A stretch of 64,000 bases of DNA from an uncultured Planctomycetaceae bacterium (GCA_963833985.1 CAWIAD010000002.1:128001-192000); one strand, 5' to 3'; shown: positions 12,751 through 23,345, counted from the first letter of the stretch. Numbers and translations are program-made. Notes: generated from the sequence alone by a model not told the origin.

Positions 12751-13485
12751 ATGAGGAAAAAGCCGCCGGGGCACGGAACGGAGCAGCGGTCGGCGCAGTC
12801 CGGCGGGCTGGTGGCTCCTGAAAGCAGGCCCGGCACACCTGGCCTGCAACGGCCGAGTGCAACTTCCGGGGGCCGCGCTCCGGTCATTCCGGTGCCGGGT
12901 TCCGATTCATGGCCGGGATGGGCACGCGTCGTGGTGACGCTGGCACTGCTGTACCACATGGCCGCCGTGGTCGCCGGAGCGATGGGGGTTCCTCCCTCGT
13001 CCGAGCTGGAGCGGCGCATCGCCGACTTCTTCACGCCGTATCATGACCTGGTCGACCAGGGCTACGCTTACCGGTATTATGCCGAGCCCCCGCCCACGCC
13101 CGTGATCACGGCGCGGCTGCGATTTGGCGACGGTCGTCCTGATGAGCTGGTCCGCCTGCCCGAGCGAAACCTCCCCGGTCCGTTGATGCGCCATCAGCGG
13201 CAGCTTGCACTGGCCAACGCCTTGACGGCTGACTTTGAGGAGTTGAAACAGATGCATGGCGAAAACGGCCGCAGCCGGCTTGCGGCCGCCTACGCCCGCC
13301 ACCTTTGCGCCACGCACCCCGGCTGCAAGACCGTGACGCTGCATTCGCAGCAGCACATGATCCCGGATCCGCAGCATGTGCGCGAGCATCTGGCGACGCC
13401 CGGCGCGGCCGTTTTCGACCTTTTCGACGAAGAGCTCTTCACCACCCCGCAATGGATTGGAGACTTCGAGTGCGACGGCTCCTGA
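12751..13485 (+). CDS. Single-TM hypothetical protein, putative HTTM partner (SdpA/DUF5819-like)
   Basis: TM VVVTLALLYHMAAVVAGAM and motif DQGYAYRYYAEPPP. Overlaps the HTTM gene. The family assignment is tentative. Confidence 0.6.
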   Translation: MRKKPPGHGTEQRSAQSGGLVAPESRPGTPGLQRPSATSGGRAPVIPVPGSDSWPGWARVVVTLALLYHMAAVVAGAMGVPPSSELERRIADFFTPYHDLVDQGYAYRYYAEPPPTPVITARLRFGDGRPDELVRLPERNLPGPLMRHQRQLALANALTADFEELKQMHGENGRSRLAAAYARHLCATHPGCKTVTLHSQQHMIPDPQHVREHLATPGAAVFDLFDEELFTTPQWIGDFECDGS

Positions 13486-14918
13486 GCGACCTGGGACTCT
13501 ATTGCGGCGATCTGGCGGAGTCCACGCGCCAGGGCTGGCGAAGGTTCTTCTTCACGCCGGCCGATCCCACTTGCCTGGGGCTGATCCGTGTGGCCGTGGG
13601 CCTGCTGGCCATCTGGAGCCTCTTCGTCCTGGGCCTCGACCTGCATGATTACTTCGGCTCAGCCGGCTGGGCGGATCCGTCGCTGATCCGGCAAACCCAG
13701 CACCTGCGGCAGCCTTACGCCTGGTCGTTCTGGTTCCTCGTCCCCGACAGCTTGCTGTCGCCCGTCTGGCTCGGCTGCCTGGCGATCCTCGTGCTCAACA
13801 CGCTGGGGCTGTTCAGCCGCGTGACAGCCGTCCTGGCCTGGGTCATCATCGTCTCCACGGTGCGCCGAGTGCCCATCGCCCTCTTCGGCTTCGACCAGGT
13901 GCTCTCGACCCTGGCCCTGTACCTGGCCGCAACGTTCGCCAGCGGCCAGGCCGTCTCGCTGGACCGGTTCTTGAAGCGATGGCGCGAGGCCCGCGCGGCC
14001 GCTCGGAGCCTGCGGCCGGCGGGTGCCAGCGGCGGGCGAAAAGTCGCCCCCGGCGAACCAGGCACTCCCCGGCCCACCATCGCCGCCAACCTCGCTCTCC
14101 GCCTGATTCAGCTTCACCTCGCCTTCATCTATGCCATGGCCGGGCTGGCGAAGGTGCAAGGGCTCTCGTGGTGGACCGGCATGGCCCTCTGGGGAACCAT
14201 GACGGCCGGCGAGTTCGTGACCCGGAACTTCACCGCGCTGGCCGGCTGGCCGATGCTCATCAATTTTCTCACGCATGCGAGCCTGGCCTTCGAGCTGCTC
14301 TACCCGGTGCTGATCTGGAACCGGCTGCTGCGGCCGATGATGATCGCCTGGGCCGTGGCGCTGCACCTGGGAATCGCCTTTGTGGCACCCGGGCTCTCGG
14401 AATTCGGGCTCATCATGATTGCGGCCAACATCGCTTTCGTCTCCGGCGCGTGGCTGCGCAGCCTGGCGAGCGGCCGCGAACAGCCCGCATTCCGGGTCCT
14501 CTTCGACGGGGCATGCCCGCGCTGCCGGGCGTCGATGGCACTGGTAACCGCGGCCGACCCGGACCGCGTCCTGGAGCCCATCGACCTGACGGCGGTGGAC
14601 GTCACGACCTTGCATCGTTCCCTCACGAAGAAGGCATGCATGGATTCAATGCATGTATTGTCGAAGCAGGGCCGCGTGCTTGCGGGTTTCGATGCGGTGC
14701 GGGCCATCAGCGGCTGGCTGCCGGGGGCCTGGCCTTTCGCCTGGATCGCCTGGTTTCCGGGGGTCGCGTGGGTGGGTCGGCGTGTGTATAATTATTTGGC
14801 GTCAACCCGGCCGAGAGACGTCCCCTGCACGGATGATGTCTGCGGACTGCCTCCTCTCACCCGCTCCGCCCGCACAGGCGAAGTCCATCACGCCTCGGAC
14901 CGGTCTGCCTCCAGTTGA
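13470..14918 (+). CDS. HTTM-domain membrane protein fused to a DCC1-like (DUF393) thiol-disulfide oxidoreductase domain
   Basis: WRRFFFTPADPTCLGLIR, LIQLHLAFIYAMAGLAK, WWTG, LHLGIA (HTTM). C-terminal VLFDGACPRC ... GFDAVRAI ... GRRVYNYLASTR (DCC1). Confidence 0.85.
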   Translation: MRRLLSDLGLYCGDLAESTRQGWRRFFFTPADPTCLGLIRVAVGLLAIWSLFVLGLDLHDYFGSAGWADPSLIRQTQHLRQPYAWSFWFLVPDSLLSPVWLGCLAILVLNTLGLFSRVTAVLAWVIIVSTVRRVPIALFGFDQVLSTLALYLAATFASGQAVSLDRFLKRWREARAAARSLRPAGASGGRKVAPGEPGTPRPTIAANLALRLIQLHLAFIYAMAGLAKVQGLSWWTGMALWGTMTAGEFVTRNFTALAGWPMLINFLTHASLAFELLYPVLIWNRLLRPMMIAWAVALHLGIAFVAPGLSEFGLIMIAANIAFVSGAWLRSLASGREQPAFRVLFDGACPRCRASMALVTAADPDRVLEPIDLTAVDVTTLHRSLTKKACMDSMHVLSKQGRVLAGFDAVRAISGWLPGAWPFAWIAWFPGVAWVGRRVYNYLASTRPRDVPCTDDVCGLPPLTRSARTGEVHHASDRSASS

Positions 14919-14948
14919 AATCTCCGCCTCCAGGAGCCGAAACAACCA

Positions 14949-15292
14949 TGAGCAGCAACAACGGCGTGCCGTCCGCTCTACCGTCAGCGGAGAACGTGGA
15001 GTCTCGCCAGTCGCCCCCGCGACTCTACATTTTCGAGCCCGGCTGGCGCGTGAAGATCAAGCGCGATAGCCATCGCGAGTTTTGCTACATGATGGCGCCC
15101 GGCCAGGACTATTATCACCGGCTCCTGGACGGTGAGCTCTTTCTCTATCACGGCGATGAGCGCCTCTGCCTCAACTGCGCCGGTCGGCGCGGGATCATCG
15201 CCTTCGAGCCCCGGCGGCTGCGCAACCCCATCGACCCCGCCTTGGCCGAAGCCAGCGACCTCACCTTCGATCCGCAACGCGACGATCTTTGA
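14949..15292 (+). CDS. Small hypothetical protein with possible Cys/His metal ligands
   Basis: REFCYMMAPGQDYYHRLLDGELFLYHGDERLCLNC; AGGAG RBS upstream. Confidence 0.7.
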
Positions 15293-15343
15293 GCGAAGCA
15301 TTCCGCACGCATGCGGCCCGGCCGCTGGGAGGAACCTGGGATC

Positions 15344-15973
15344 ATGGCGACGGTCACAACGAGCCTGCAAATCGGCCCGGCCGACCATGGCCGCACGATG
15401 ACGCTCGATGAGTTCCGCGACGCCGAGGAACTCGATGGCTATCGCTACGAGCTTGCCCGGGGAGTGCTCGAGGTGACTGAAGTACCGAACGATCGACACG
15501 GTGTGGTCGTCTGCAACCTGTATCGTGCCGTCAGTCTTTTTGACCAGCAACATCCGGGCGTGATTCTTCGTTACGGTGGAGGCAGTGAATTCCGCTTCTG
15601 GCTGCCGGGGATGGTCTCCGGCCGCAATCCCGACCTGGGCGTCGTCCTCAGAAATGCACCCAGAGATTGGCGTCGACGCAGAATCGCCGCTCTCGCCGCC
15701 GAGGTCGTCTCGCGCGGCAGCGTCGAGCGCGACTACCACACCAAGCGCGAAGAGTACCTGGCCTACGGGCTGCTTGAATACTGGATCGTCGACCCATTGC
15801 AGCGCCAGGTCACCGTCCTCTGCCGGCGCGGAGATACCTGGAACGAGACTGTCTTCCGCGGCGATCAGGCGATTGTCAGCCTGGTCTTGCCCGGCCTGGC
15901 GGCGACCGTCGCTCAGCTCTGGCTCGACGCCGATGCCGAGGGAGAGGAACCGGCCGACGTCGATGTTTCCTGA
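15344..15973 (+). CDS. Uma2 family (PD-(D/E)XK) endonuclease
   Basis: RYELARGVL, RNPDLGVV, AEVVS, DYHTKREEYLAYGLLEYWIVDP. Confidence 0.9.
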   Translation: MATVTTSLQIGPADHGRTMTLDEFRDAEELDGYRYELARGVLEVTEVPNDRHGVVVCNLYRAVSLFDQQHPGVILRYGGGSEFRFWLPGMVSGRNPDLGVVLRNAPRDWRRRRIAALAAEVVSRGSVERDYHTKREEYLAYGLLEYWIVDPLQRQVTVLCRRGDTWNETVFRGDQAIVSLVLPGLAATVAQLWLDADAEGEEPADVDVS

Positions 15974-16032
15974 CGCCGCCGATCACGGGCTCATCGAGGT
16001 GCTCCGAACTTCGGGAAACAACTTCCGGCAGT

Positions 16033-17634
16033 TCAATCTCTGGCCGCGGTGGGCTCGGACTTCGCCTTCTGCTCCGGTTCAATCTTCCTGGGCGCTTCCT
16101 TCGCCTGGGCCATCTGCCAGCCCAGGCGGTAGGCCACGCGGGCCACGCGGGCGGCTTTCTCCAGGTCGGCCTTGTCAACGTCGTCGGTCGGCCTGTGGTA
16201 GTCGGCGTGGATGCCGGCGAAGAAGAAGATGACGGGAATTCCCTTGTTCGCGAAGCTCGAGCTATCCGTCCGGAAGAAGAACTGGTCGGCGTTGAAGACG
16301 GCTTCCATCCCTTCGGACTTGCACGAGGCTTGAGCGGCAGGGACAAGCGTGTTGTACCGGTTGTGTTTCGGCGAAGGCGTGATGCCGATCTGCTTCGGGT
16401 CGTTGCGGCTGACCATGTCCAGATTGATGTCGGCCACGATCTTGTACCCCTCGGGGAGCGTCTGGTGGTCAGCGAAGTAGCGGCTGCCCCAGAGGCCGTG
16501 CTCCTCACCCGAAACCCACAGGAACGCGACGCTTCGCGCCGGCCTGGGGCTCTGCCCGAACGCTTCGGCAATCTCCAGCAGCGAGCTCGTGCCCGAGGCG
16601 TTGTCGTCCGAGCCGTTGAAGATTTCTCCCCTGTCGTTGACCCCGACGTGATCGTAATGGGCGCTGAAGATGATCACTTCCTTCTTCTTTTCCGCGTCCG
16701 AGCCGGGGAAGACGCCGAGCACGTTGCGCTCGCTTTTCGGCTCCTTGCGGGCGGCGTAGCGGAACCTCGCCCGCAGGCTGTCGCCGCCGATCACGTGCGG
16801 CCGGCTGTCCGCCGTGAGTCCCAGGGCGCTGGTGAGCTGGTCGCGAACCGGGTCCCCGAGGTACACCACCGGGAACGGCTCGCGGGCCGGGTTCACCAGG
16901 GCCAGGTTGGAGCGGCCGAATCCGAGGTTCGCGGCCGAGTAGGGGACCTGCGGAGCGGGCATGTTGCGTCCGGGCGGGTGAATCACGATCAGGCCAAGCG
17001 CCCCGCGCCGCTGGGCGGCAGATTGCTTCCAGCCCGAATTGAGGACCGGCCTCTGCCCGGGCGCGGCGGGTTTGGGCTGAGGGTCATCGGGCCGGCCGTC
17101 GAAGATCAGCACGAACTGGTCGTGTACATCGAGGTTTTCGTAATCGTTGATCTTCTTCTCGGCGTCAACCATGCCGTACCGCGCGAAGGCGACGGGCGCC
17201 TCGATCTCTCCAGGTACAAGGTTGTTCGGAGAAACGATGAGGTCGCTGCCCACCTTGCAAGGGATCTCCTTGCGCACGCCGCGGAGGTCCACCATCAGGG
17301 TGAGCCCGGTCCCTTCCTCGAGCGGGGTGACCCGCTCCAGGGGAAACGTCTGGAAGTAGGTGGCGGCCTGGCCGTCGCGGTCGCCCATCGGCTCGGCGCC
17401 GGCCGCGAACAGGTGGGCAGCCAGGTACTCGCTGGCCAGTCTTGTCTCGGGCGAGGCCGTGTTCCGGCCCTTCATCAGGTCCGACGCCAGGAAGCGGAGG
17501 TGGCCGCCGATCTCCCGGCCGGTGATGGATTTGACGGCGTCCGGAACCGGTTCCCCGGTGGAGTCCGGGCCGTCGCCACGTGCCACGACCGGTAATGCCA
17601 GGGCGCAGGCCAGCAAGAGCAGCAGCCGTTTCAT
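16033..17634 (-). CDS. Secreted M28 family peptidase with a PA domain
   Basis: Signal peptide MKRLLLLLACALALP; FSAHYDHVG, NGSDDNASG, GEEHGLWGS, INLDMV, DYHRPTDD. Confidence 0.9.
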   Translation of the reverse strand: MKRLLLLLACALALPVVARGDGPDSTGEPVPDAVKSITGREIGGHLRFLASDLMKGRNTASPETRLASEYLAAHLFAAGAEPMGDRDGQAATYFQTFPLERVTPLEEGTGLTLMVDLRGVRKEIPCKVGSDLIVSPNNLVPGEIEAPVAFARYGMVDAEKKINDYENLDVHDQFVLIFDGRPDDPQPKPAAPGQRPVLNSGWKQSAAQRRGALGLIVIHPPGRNMPAPQVPYSAANLGFGRSNLALVNPAREPFPVVYLGDPVRDQLTSALGLTADSRPHVIGGDSLRARFRYAARKEPKSERNVLGVFPGSDAEKKKEVIIFSAHYDHVGVNDRGEIFNGSDDNASGTSSLLEIAEAFGQSPRPARSVAFLWVSGEEHGLWGSRYFADHQTLPEGYKIVADINLDMVSRNDPKQIGITPSPKHNRYNTLVPAAQASCKSEGMEAVFNADQFFFRTDSSSFANKGIPVIFFFAGIHADYHRPTDDVDKADLEKAARVARVAYRLGWQMAQAKEAPRKIEPEQKAKSEPTAARD

Positions 17635-17959
17635 GTGAGACACCCGAACTTGCAGGAGTGGAATCGTACCGACAGGTCCCCAAGCGTGCCGCCCGCCTGG
17701 CCACCGGCGCCCGCGGGGCGGATTGCTAGCGCTGCGATTCGGCGCACTTCTTGCACCGGAGCGATCGTTTACGCACCTGGCCGCCACAGCGCGGACAGCG
17801 GTGATACTTGCTCTGGCGGAACTTGTTCTTGCGGGGACGTAGGGCCACGACGCACCTCACTGGCTGACACCAACCGACTCAGAAACCACAACAATCGAGT
17901 TTCGTGAGAATGAGTGTACTCGATGGCGGTCGGCGCCGGCCAGAGCAGCCCGCGGCCAA

Positions 17960-18469
17960 TCAGCCCCAGATCGTCCGGGCCCAGGTGAACGCTTGCCAGT
18001 GCATGCAGAAGACCGCCGCGACCATGGCCCCGAAGGCGATCCACATGGAAAGCGGGCCGCCATACTCGAGAGCCGAAGGCAAGGTCAACAGCCAGGCCAC
18101 CGGAAACGAGGCGCAGTAGGGAACCCATGGGGGAAACTCCCTGCGCTGCTCCACCATCAGGATCATCACGCTGATGATGAGCAAGAAAGCCGTGCCCGCG
18201 AGCGCCTCGGCCAGGACACTGTCAAACATGGTTGGCAACAGCAGTGGTCCCAGCCCTCCGCCCGCATCCAGATACTCGGCCAGGATGGGAAAGATGGTCC
18301 AGCTTGATGTGGCCAGCACGACGAAGGTGATCAGCCCCGTCGCGATGAGCGCCAGGATCGGCAAACCCTCGGGGCGAACCTCCAGCCTGCGCACGGCTGT
18401 ATCGGATCTGAGGCGCGGTTCGCCGACGGGGGAAGTTCCTGAGGCGGCCCGATTCCAGCGTGTGCTCAT
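17960..18469 (-). CDS. Hypothetical membrane protein
   Basis: Four or more hydrophobic segments (LPILALIATGLITFVVLA etc.). Confidence 0.65.
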   Translation of the reverse strand: MSTRWNRAASGTSPVGEPRLRSDTAVRRLEVRPEGLPILALIATGLITFVVLATSSWTIFPILAEYLDAGGGLGPLLLPTMFDSVLAEALAGTAFLLIISVMILMVEQRREFPPWVPYCASFPVAWLLTLPSALEYGGPLSMWIAFGAMVAAVFCMHWQAFTWARTIWG

Positions 18470-18784
18470 GACCGGCCCTCGACAGTTGTCACACGTCCTG
18501 CGATCAGTATAAGTCCATCGGCCGGCGGCCGCCAGGGCCAACGCGCTGACCCTGATGTGAACGGTGTAGACGGTGTAGACGAGAGCACCCCAGCTCCGAC
18601 CAGGTCCGCGGCTGGCCCCAGGTGGTCAGCCGAACCGAGCCAGGATATCCCGCAGCGACTGAGCGACCGGAACAACCATAGAGGATGACTGACATGGCCA
18701 CCGCATCCAACGATCCGGCGTGACTCGTTTTGGGAGCTGGCGGAAATGAGTTCTCGCCTCGGACAATTCGATTGTTTTCATGAA

Positions 18785-19123
18785 TCAGTCACTGCCCTCC
18801 TCCGCGATACCGAATTCATGGGAGATGATGGAATGAAGATCACGAGCACCATGCAGCACGCGGATGATTTCAATTCCGCCGGGCATCGGCCGGTAGAAAA
18901 CCAGATACTTCTTGAATCGTGTCATGGGCAGAAACGGAAGCTGGGCCAAAGCCCGATGATCGGGGTTATAGGCTGTCCTTATGCCCGGCATATTGGCCGG
19001 CTGGCGGAATAACTCTCCCGCTTGGGTTCGGAACCGCTGTACCGTCGCCGGGCTGCCCTGCCGGATGTCGTCGTAGGCGATGTCCACCAAATCGGTCGCA
19101 AGACGGCGAACGATACGGCTCAT
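18785..19123 (-). CDS. parE: RelE/ParE family toxin
   Basis: FKKYLVFYRPMPGGIEIIRVLHGARDL. Overlaps the antitoxin stop codon. Confidence 0.82.
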   Translation of the reverse strand: MSRIVRRLATDLVDIAYDDIRQGSPATVQRFRTQAGELFRQPANMPGIRTAYNPDHRALAQLPFLPMTRFKKYLVFYRPMPGGIEIIRVLHGARDLHSIISHEFGIAEEGSD

Positions 19124-19380
19124 GTCTGGGCTTGCTCGCGGGCATGCCGGCCGGCGGCTTCCTGCATCATGGAGTCCCAGTCTTCGCCGGTCATCTCGAC
19201 GGCGGGTCCTTGCAATCCTTCGAGCAGCATGGCTTCCAGCGCCTGCTTGGCCCGCCGCTTCTGATCCTCGCGGATCAAGGCCCGTAGGTACTCGCTGGCC
19301 GATGCGTAACCGTCGGCCGCCATCTGGGCTTCGACGAACGCCTTCATCTCGTCGGACAATGAGATATTCATAATTGTCAT
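19120..19380 (-). CDS. parD: ParD-like ribbon-helix-helix antitoxin
   Basis: MNISLSDEMKAFVEAQMAADGYASASEYLRALIREDQKRR...LLEGLQG. Confidence 0.88.
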   Translation of the reverse strand: MTIMNISLSDEMKAFVEAQMAADGYASASEYLRALIREDQKRRAKQALEAMLLEGLQGPAVEMTGEDWDSMMQEAAGRHAREQAQT

Positions 19381-19479
19381 ATATGATCTCATCTCGGTTC
19401 TTACCGTAGCATGAATGGCATCTTTTGCCAAGTTCTGCGATGCGAGCGCGGCTTGCGACGGCGCGGGCCGGATCTCGGG

Positions 19480-19690
19480 GAAATACCAGCCCCTGCCAGG
19501 ATTGAGGATTTCGGCCAGGAGTGGAAAGATGGTCCAGCTCGAGGTGGCCAGCATCACGAAGGTGACGAGCATCGTCGCGGAGATGGCCAGCAGAGGCACA
19601 CCCTCGGGGTGGCGAATCCGCCGCTCCGCGTTCGCGTCCGTCGAGATCGGCTTGCAGTGGGAGCGGAGCAACGCTCCAGGGAGGGCTCAT
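19480..19690 (-). pseudogene. Truncated 5' paralog of the membrane protein gene at 17960-18469
   Basis: PEGVPLLAISATMLVTFVMLATSSWTIFPLLAEILNPGRG versus PEGLPILALIATGLITFVVLATSSWTIFPILAEYLDAGGG. The DNA similarity is also visible. Confidence 0.75.
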
Positions 19691-19850
19691 GAGCTGCCAT
19701 CGACAACTGTTGCATTGTCTCGCAGCAGGTGACGCGCCCACGCGGCCAGCCGCCAGAATCCTTTTCGGCCGCCGATTGCCAGGCAGGCCGGCAATGCCGA
19801 CAATCGATGCCCGCCGGGGACACCACCACCGCGTCCGCGAGGAGAGCCAG

Positions 19851-21123
19851 ATGCGCCGGAGTTTCAACGTGCTGCTGTCTTGTTGCGTGACGCTCGCGGT
19901 GGCCTCCACAGCCGTGCGGAGCCCGGCCAGGGGCGACGAGCCGCCCGCGGTTTCCGTCTCCGAGCGCGCCGCCCGGGTGCACGCCGCGGGAATGCTCTGG
20001 GACGGCCACAACGATCTCCCCTGGCGGCTGCGCACCGAGGGCGACATGGCCCTGAGGAAGTTCGACCTCTCCAGGCGGCTCGATTCCGGTCAGACCGACA
20101 TCCCTCGCCTCCGCGCGGGGGGCGTGAAGGTCCAGTTCTGGTCGGTCTACATCCCCAGCGAGCACCCCAACCCCGCGCCACGGTCACCGAGCAGATCGAC
20201 CTGGTCCACAGGCTCGTCGAGAAGTACCCCGCCGACCTGGAACTGGCGCTCTCGGCCGATGACGTCGAGCGCATCGTCAAGTCGGGGAAAATTGCCTCGC
20301 TCATCGGCATCGAGGGAGGTGTGGCCATCGAGAACAGCCTCGCCCAGTTGCGTGCGTTCTCCCAGCTCGGCACCGCTACATGACGCTCACGCACAACGCG
20401 ACGCTCGAATGGGCCGATGCGGCGAACGATGCCCAGAAGCACGACGGACTGACCGCGTTCGGCGAGCGCGTGGTCCGGGAGATGAACCGGCTGGGGATGC
20501 TCGTCGATATTTCGCACGTCTCGCCCGCGACCATGGCCGACGCCCTGCGCGTCACTCAGGCTCCCGTCATTGCCAGCCACTCCAGCGCCTACGCTCTGTG
20601 CCCGTCGCCGCGCAACGTCCCGGACGACATCCTGGTCAAGGTGAAGCAAAACGGCGGCGTGATCATGGTCAACTTCTTCTCGGGCTTCATCGTCGCCGAT
20701 GCGGCGCGCGCGGCGAAGGCGATGATGGACGAGGCACGGGCGAAGTACACCGATCCCGCGGAGCGCAAAGGTGCGATGGAAAAATGGTACCGGACCGAGG
20801 GCAAGAAGCAGCCGCGCGGTACCGTCGCCGACGTGGCCAACCACATCGACCACATCGTGCAGGTTGCCGGCATCGACCACGTGGGCATCGGCTCGGACTT
20901 CGACGGCATCTCCCGCTGGCCGGTGGGCCTGGAAGACGTTTCCTGCTACCCCCGTCTCACCGAGGCGCTGCTGAATCGAGGATACTCCGAGCCCGACATC
21001 CACAAGATTCTCGGCGGCAACATCCTCCGCGTCTTCCGCGAGGCCGGCAATGTGGGCCGCCGGCTACGGCAGACGACCGCGCCCGAGGTGGATGAGATCA
21101 AGGCGGAGAAAAAAGAAGACTGA
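19851..21123 (+). CDS. Membrane dipeptidase (M19 family), secreted; frameshifts near 20180 and 20372
   Basis: [57 protein letters not shown]. Confidence 0.88.
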
Positions 21124-21390
21124 TTTGAAATCGGCCCGCACCTGGGTCAAGGTGAGGCCGAGATTTCGCCCGAAGACTTGATGAAATCCTAAAGCCATAC
21201 GCACCGGGTAGGTCGCGCGCTCTGTCCATCCGGGCTCCAGCAGTCGCTCACGCCCATGGCTTTGCACCCCTGCCCTGTTCGAAGATAGAGACATTCCCGC
21301 AGAACGCAGGTGCTTCGCAGGTTCGCAATCGTTCTTTGACAGGCATTCAGTCGGATGATGCGATCCTGGATGACCGGGAGGCCGCCCTTT

Positions 21391-21514
21391 GTGGGCCAAG
21401 ATACCCAATCGTGTCACTTCGTCGATCTCCTCGTGGGGTACGATTCCAATCGTGTCACTTCGTCGATCTGATGAACCTGGAATGGCACGATTGGAATCGT
21501 ACCCCACGAGGAGA
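21391..21514. repeat. Long inverted repeat (REP/BIME-like) between convergent genes
   Basis: 32-bp arms 21426-21457 and 21483-21514 (1 mismatch, 25-nt loop). The 24-mer ccaatcgtgtcacttcgtcgatct also occurs as a direct repeat at 21405 and 21446. Confidence 0.85.
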
Positions 21515-21589
21515 GCGGCCAGGCAGGGCTCTCAGCCCCGGGCAAGCGTACGGCAATCCTGTCCAAAGACTTCTGCGGATCTGCTTAGC

Positions 21590-22978
21590 TTAGAGACCCT
21601 TGAGATACTCGATCAGGTCCATGCGCTCGTCTTCCTTCAGCTTGTCGCCGAAGGTATGGCCCTGATTGCCCAGGCCGAACCGCGCGGTGTCGTAGACGTA
21701 GTGCGCGTCGTGGATCGATTTCTTCGACGCCAGCTCCGCGTCGCTCGGCTCACGGTACTTCCAGCCGACGCCGCGGGTGTCGTAATGCTCGAAGCTGGTC
21801 GAAGCCGGTCGCGTGAAGCGCCGGGGCGCGTCGCTGACTTCAGCAAGGCGTGAAGCGTGGGTACGGAGCCGTTGTGGAGATACGGAGCGCTCGCCCAGAT
21901 GCCGTCCAGGGGCGGGGCCTGGTAGCCGACGCGGACCGGATCCACGGGATGCTTCTCCCCGAACCATGTCGAGTTGTAGTGTTCGATGACCCGGTCGGAT
22001 ATTCCCAGCGAGCGGGCCGGGTCGGTACCAACGACGTCCAGCGGCACGATCTTGCTGGGATAAGACCGGCTCTCACCATAGCTGCCGTGGCACCGCGCAG
22101 TTCTGCTTGAAGACGGACTTGCCGCGCTCGGCCGCGGCGGTTTCGATGGAGAAGGGGTACTTCGGCGGCTCAAGACTCAGCAGGTAGGCCTGGATATCGC
22201 GGAAGGTTGGCTCCAGCTCCTTGAATTGCTCGAGCGTCTTCTCGCCCAGCAGGAACTGCATGTTCGAGCGCACGGAGGCGGCCGGGGTGCGGCCGTCGTA
22301 GTACATCGTCTTCTTGTGTTTGAGGTTCCACCAGGGAGGCGCATCAAGCTCTGGCAGGTTGGCCCCCAGAAGCAGGGGGAACCTGCGACGCGAGAGGTCC
22401 GCGTTGCGCAGGCTCAGCAGCACAGCGGCCATCATGCCAGCGTTCGTCGTCCCGCGCACGGTGTTGATGATGAACGGCACCAGGGGAACTCGCTTGCCGC
22501 TGGCACGGAACATGTCGTTGAAGAGCAGGTCGTAGTCGACCTGGGTGTTGCCCATGCCCACGTAGCTGCGGCCGCCGATCGAACCGCCGTGGCAGGCCAG
22601 GCAGTCAACCTGGATGCCGGTCTTCGTGCCGTCCGGCCTGCGCGACCAGCGCAGGCCCATGGGCAGGCCGCCGTTGGGGTAGGGAGCCGAATGCAGCCCG
22701 TAGTGGCGCTCGAAGGCGAGGGCATAACCGTCCGGGTCCTGATCCGGATCGGGTGCCGGCGTTCCCCAGAACCTGGCGACGCCGCGATAGGCATCGACCG
22801 ACCACTCGGCCCGGAGATAACTGTGCTCCAGGAGCGCGGAGCGGCCGCGCTCGGCTGCGGAGCGGTCCGCGGGCGACGAACCTGCCCACGCCGGAAGTGT
22901 CAGGCTCGCCAGTACCAGGGCCGGCAGCAAGGCAACCGGCCTTATGAACCAGGATGGCAAATTCAAGAGCACACGCAT
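21590..22978 (-). CDS. Secreted di-heme c-type cytochrome (RoxA/di-heme peroxidase-like); frameshifts near 22095 and 21825
   Basis: CLACHGG; a second CxxCHG broken by the indel; GYQAPPLDGIWASAPYLHNGSVPTL; YDTARFGLGNQGHTFG. Confidence 0.82.
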
Positions 22979-23137
22979 GATGGCAGGACTTTCGCTCTGA
23001 TGCCCGCTTGGCGGAGAATTCAACTCCAGGGACCGCGGGGCGAGACGCCCCATATTGATTTATAGACACCGGCGGTGTCGGCGGGAATAAGTGGCATGCA
23101 AGTGCCCGCCGCGCCGGACAGTTTCTTGATGCGGATC

Positions 23138-23345
23138 GTGAACCTGCCTCCCGAATCGATCTGCCTCGACTCCGACCCGATACGCATCGACCAGGTCTTC
23201 TCGAACCTGCTGAACAACGGTGCTGGCCGCCGTCACCGGTTCCGGCCAGACGGAGGACAGGCGGCAGGCCCAGGGGGCAGGATTCCGCCACCGCCTGGTC
23301 AAACCCGTCCGCCCCGGCGAGATGCTCCGCGTCACTGCCGACGTC
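23138..23345 (+). pseudogene. Hybrid histidine kinase remnant (start of HATPase joined to end of receiver domain)
   Basis: VNLPPESICLDSDPIRIDQVFSNLLNN abuts LAAVTGSGQTEDRRQAQGAGFRHRLVKPV; the intervening domains are deleted. Confidence 0.7.

Noticed and set aside
18785..20047. 420-aa ORF ending in ParE
   Set aside because: The N-terminal extension is chance open frame in high-GC DNA. ParE starts at 19123, coupled to parD.
21391..21514. Mini-CRISPR
   Set aside because: The copies are overlapping or inverted and have no unique spacers.
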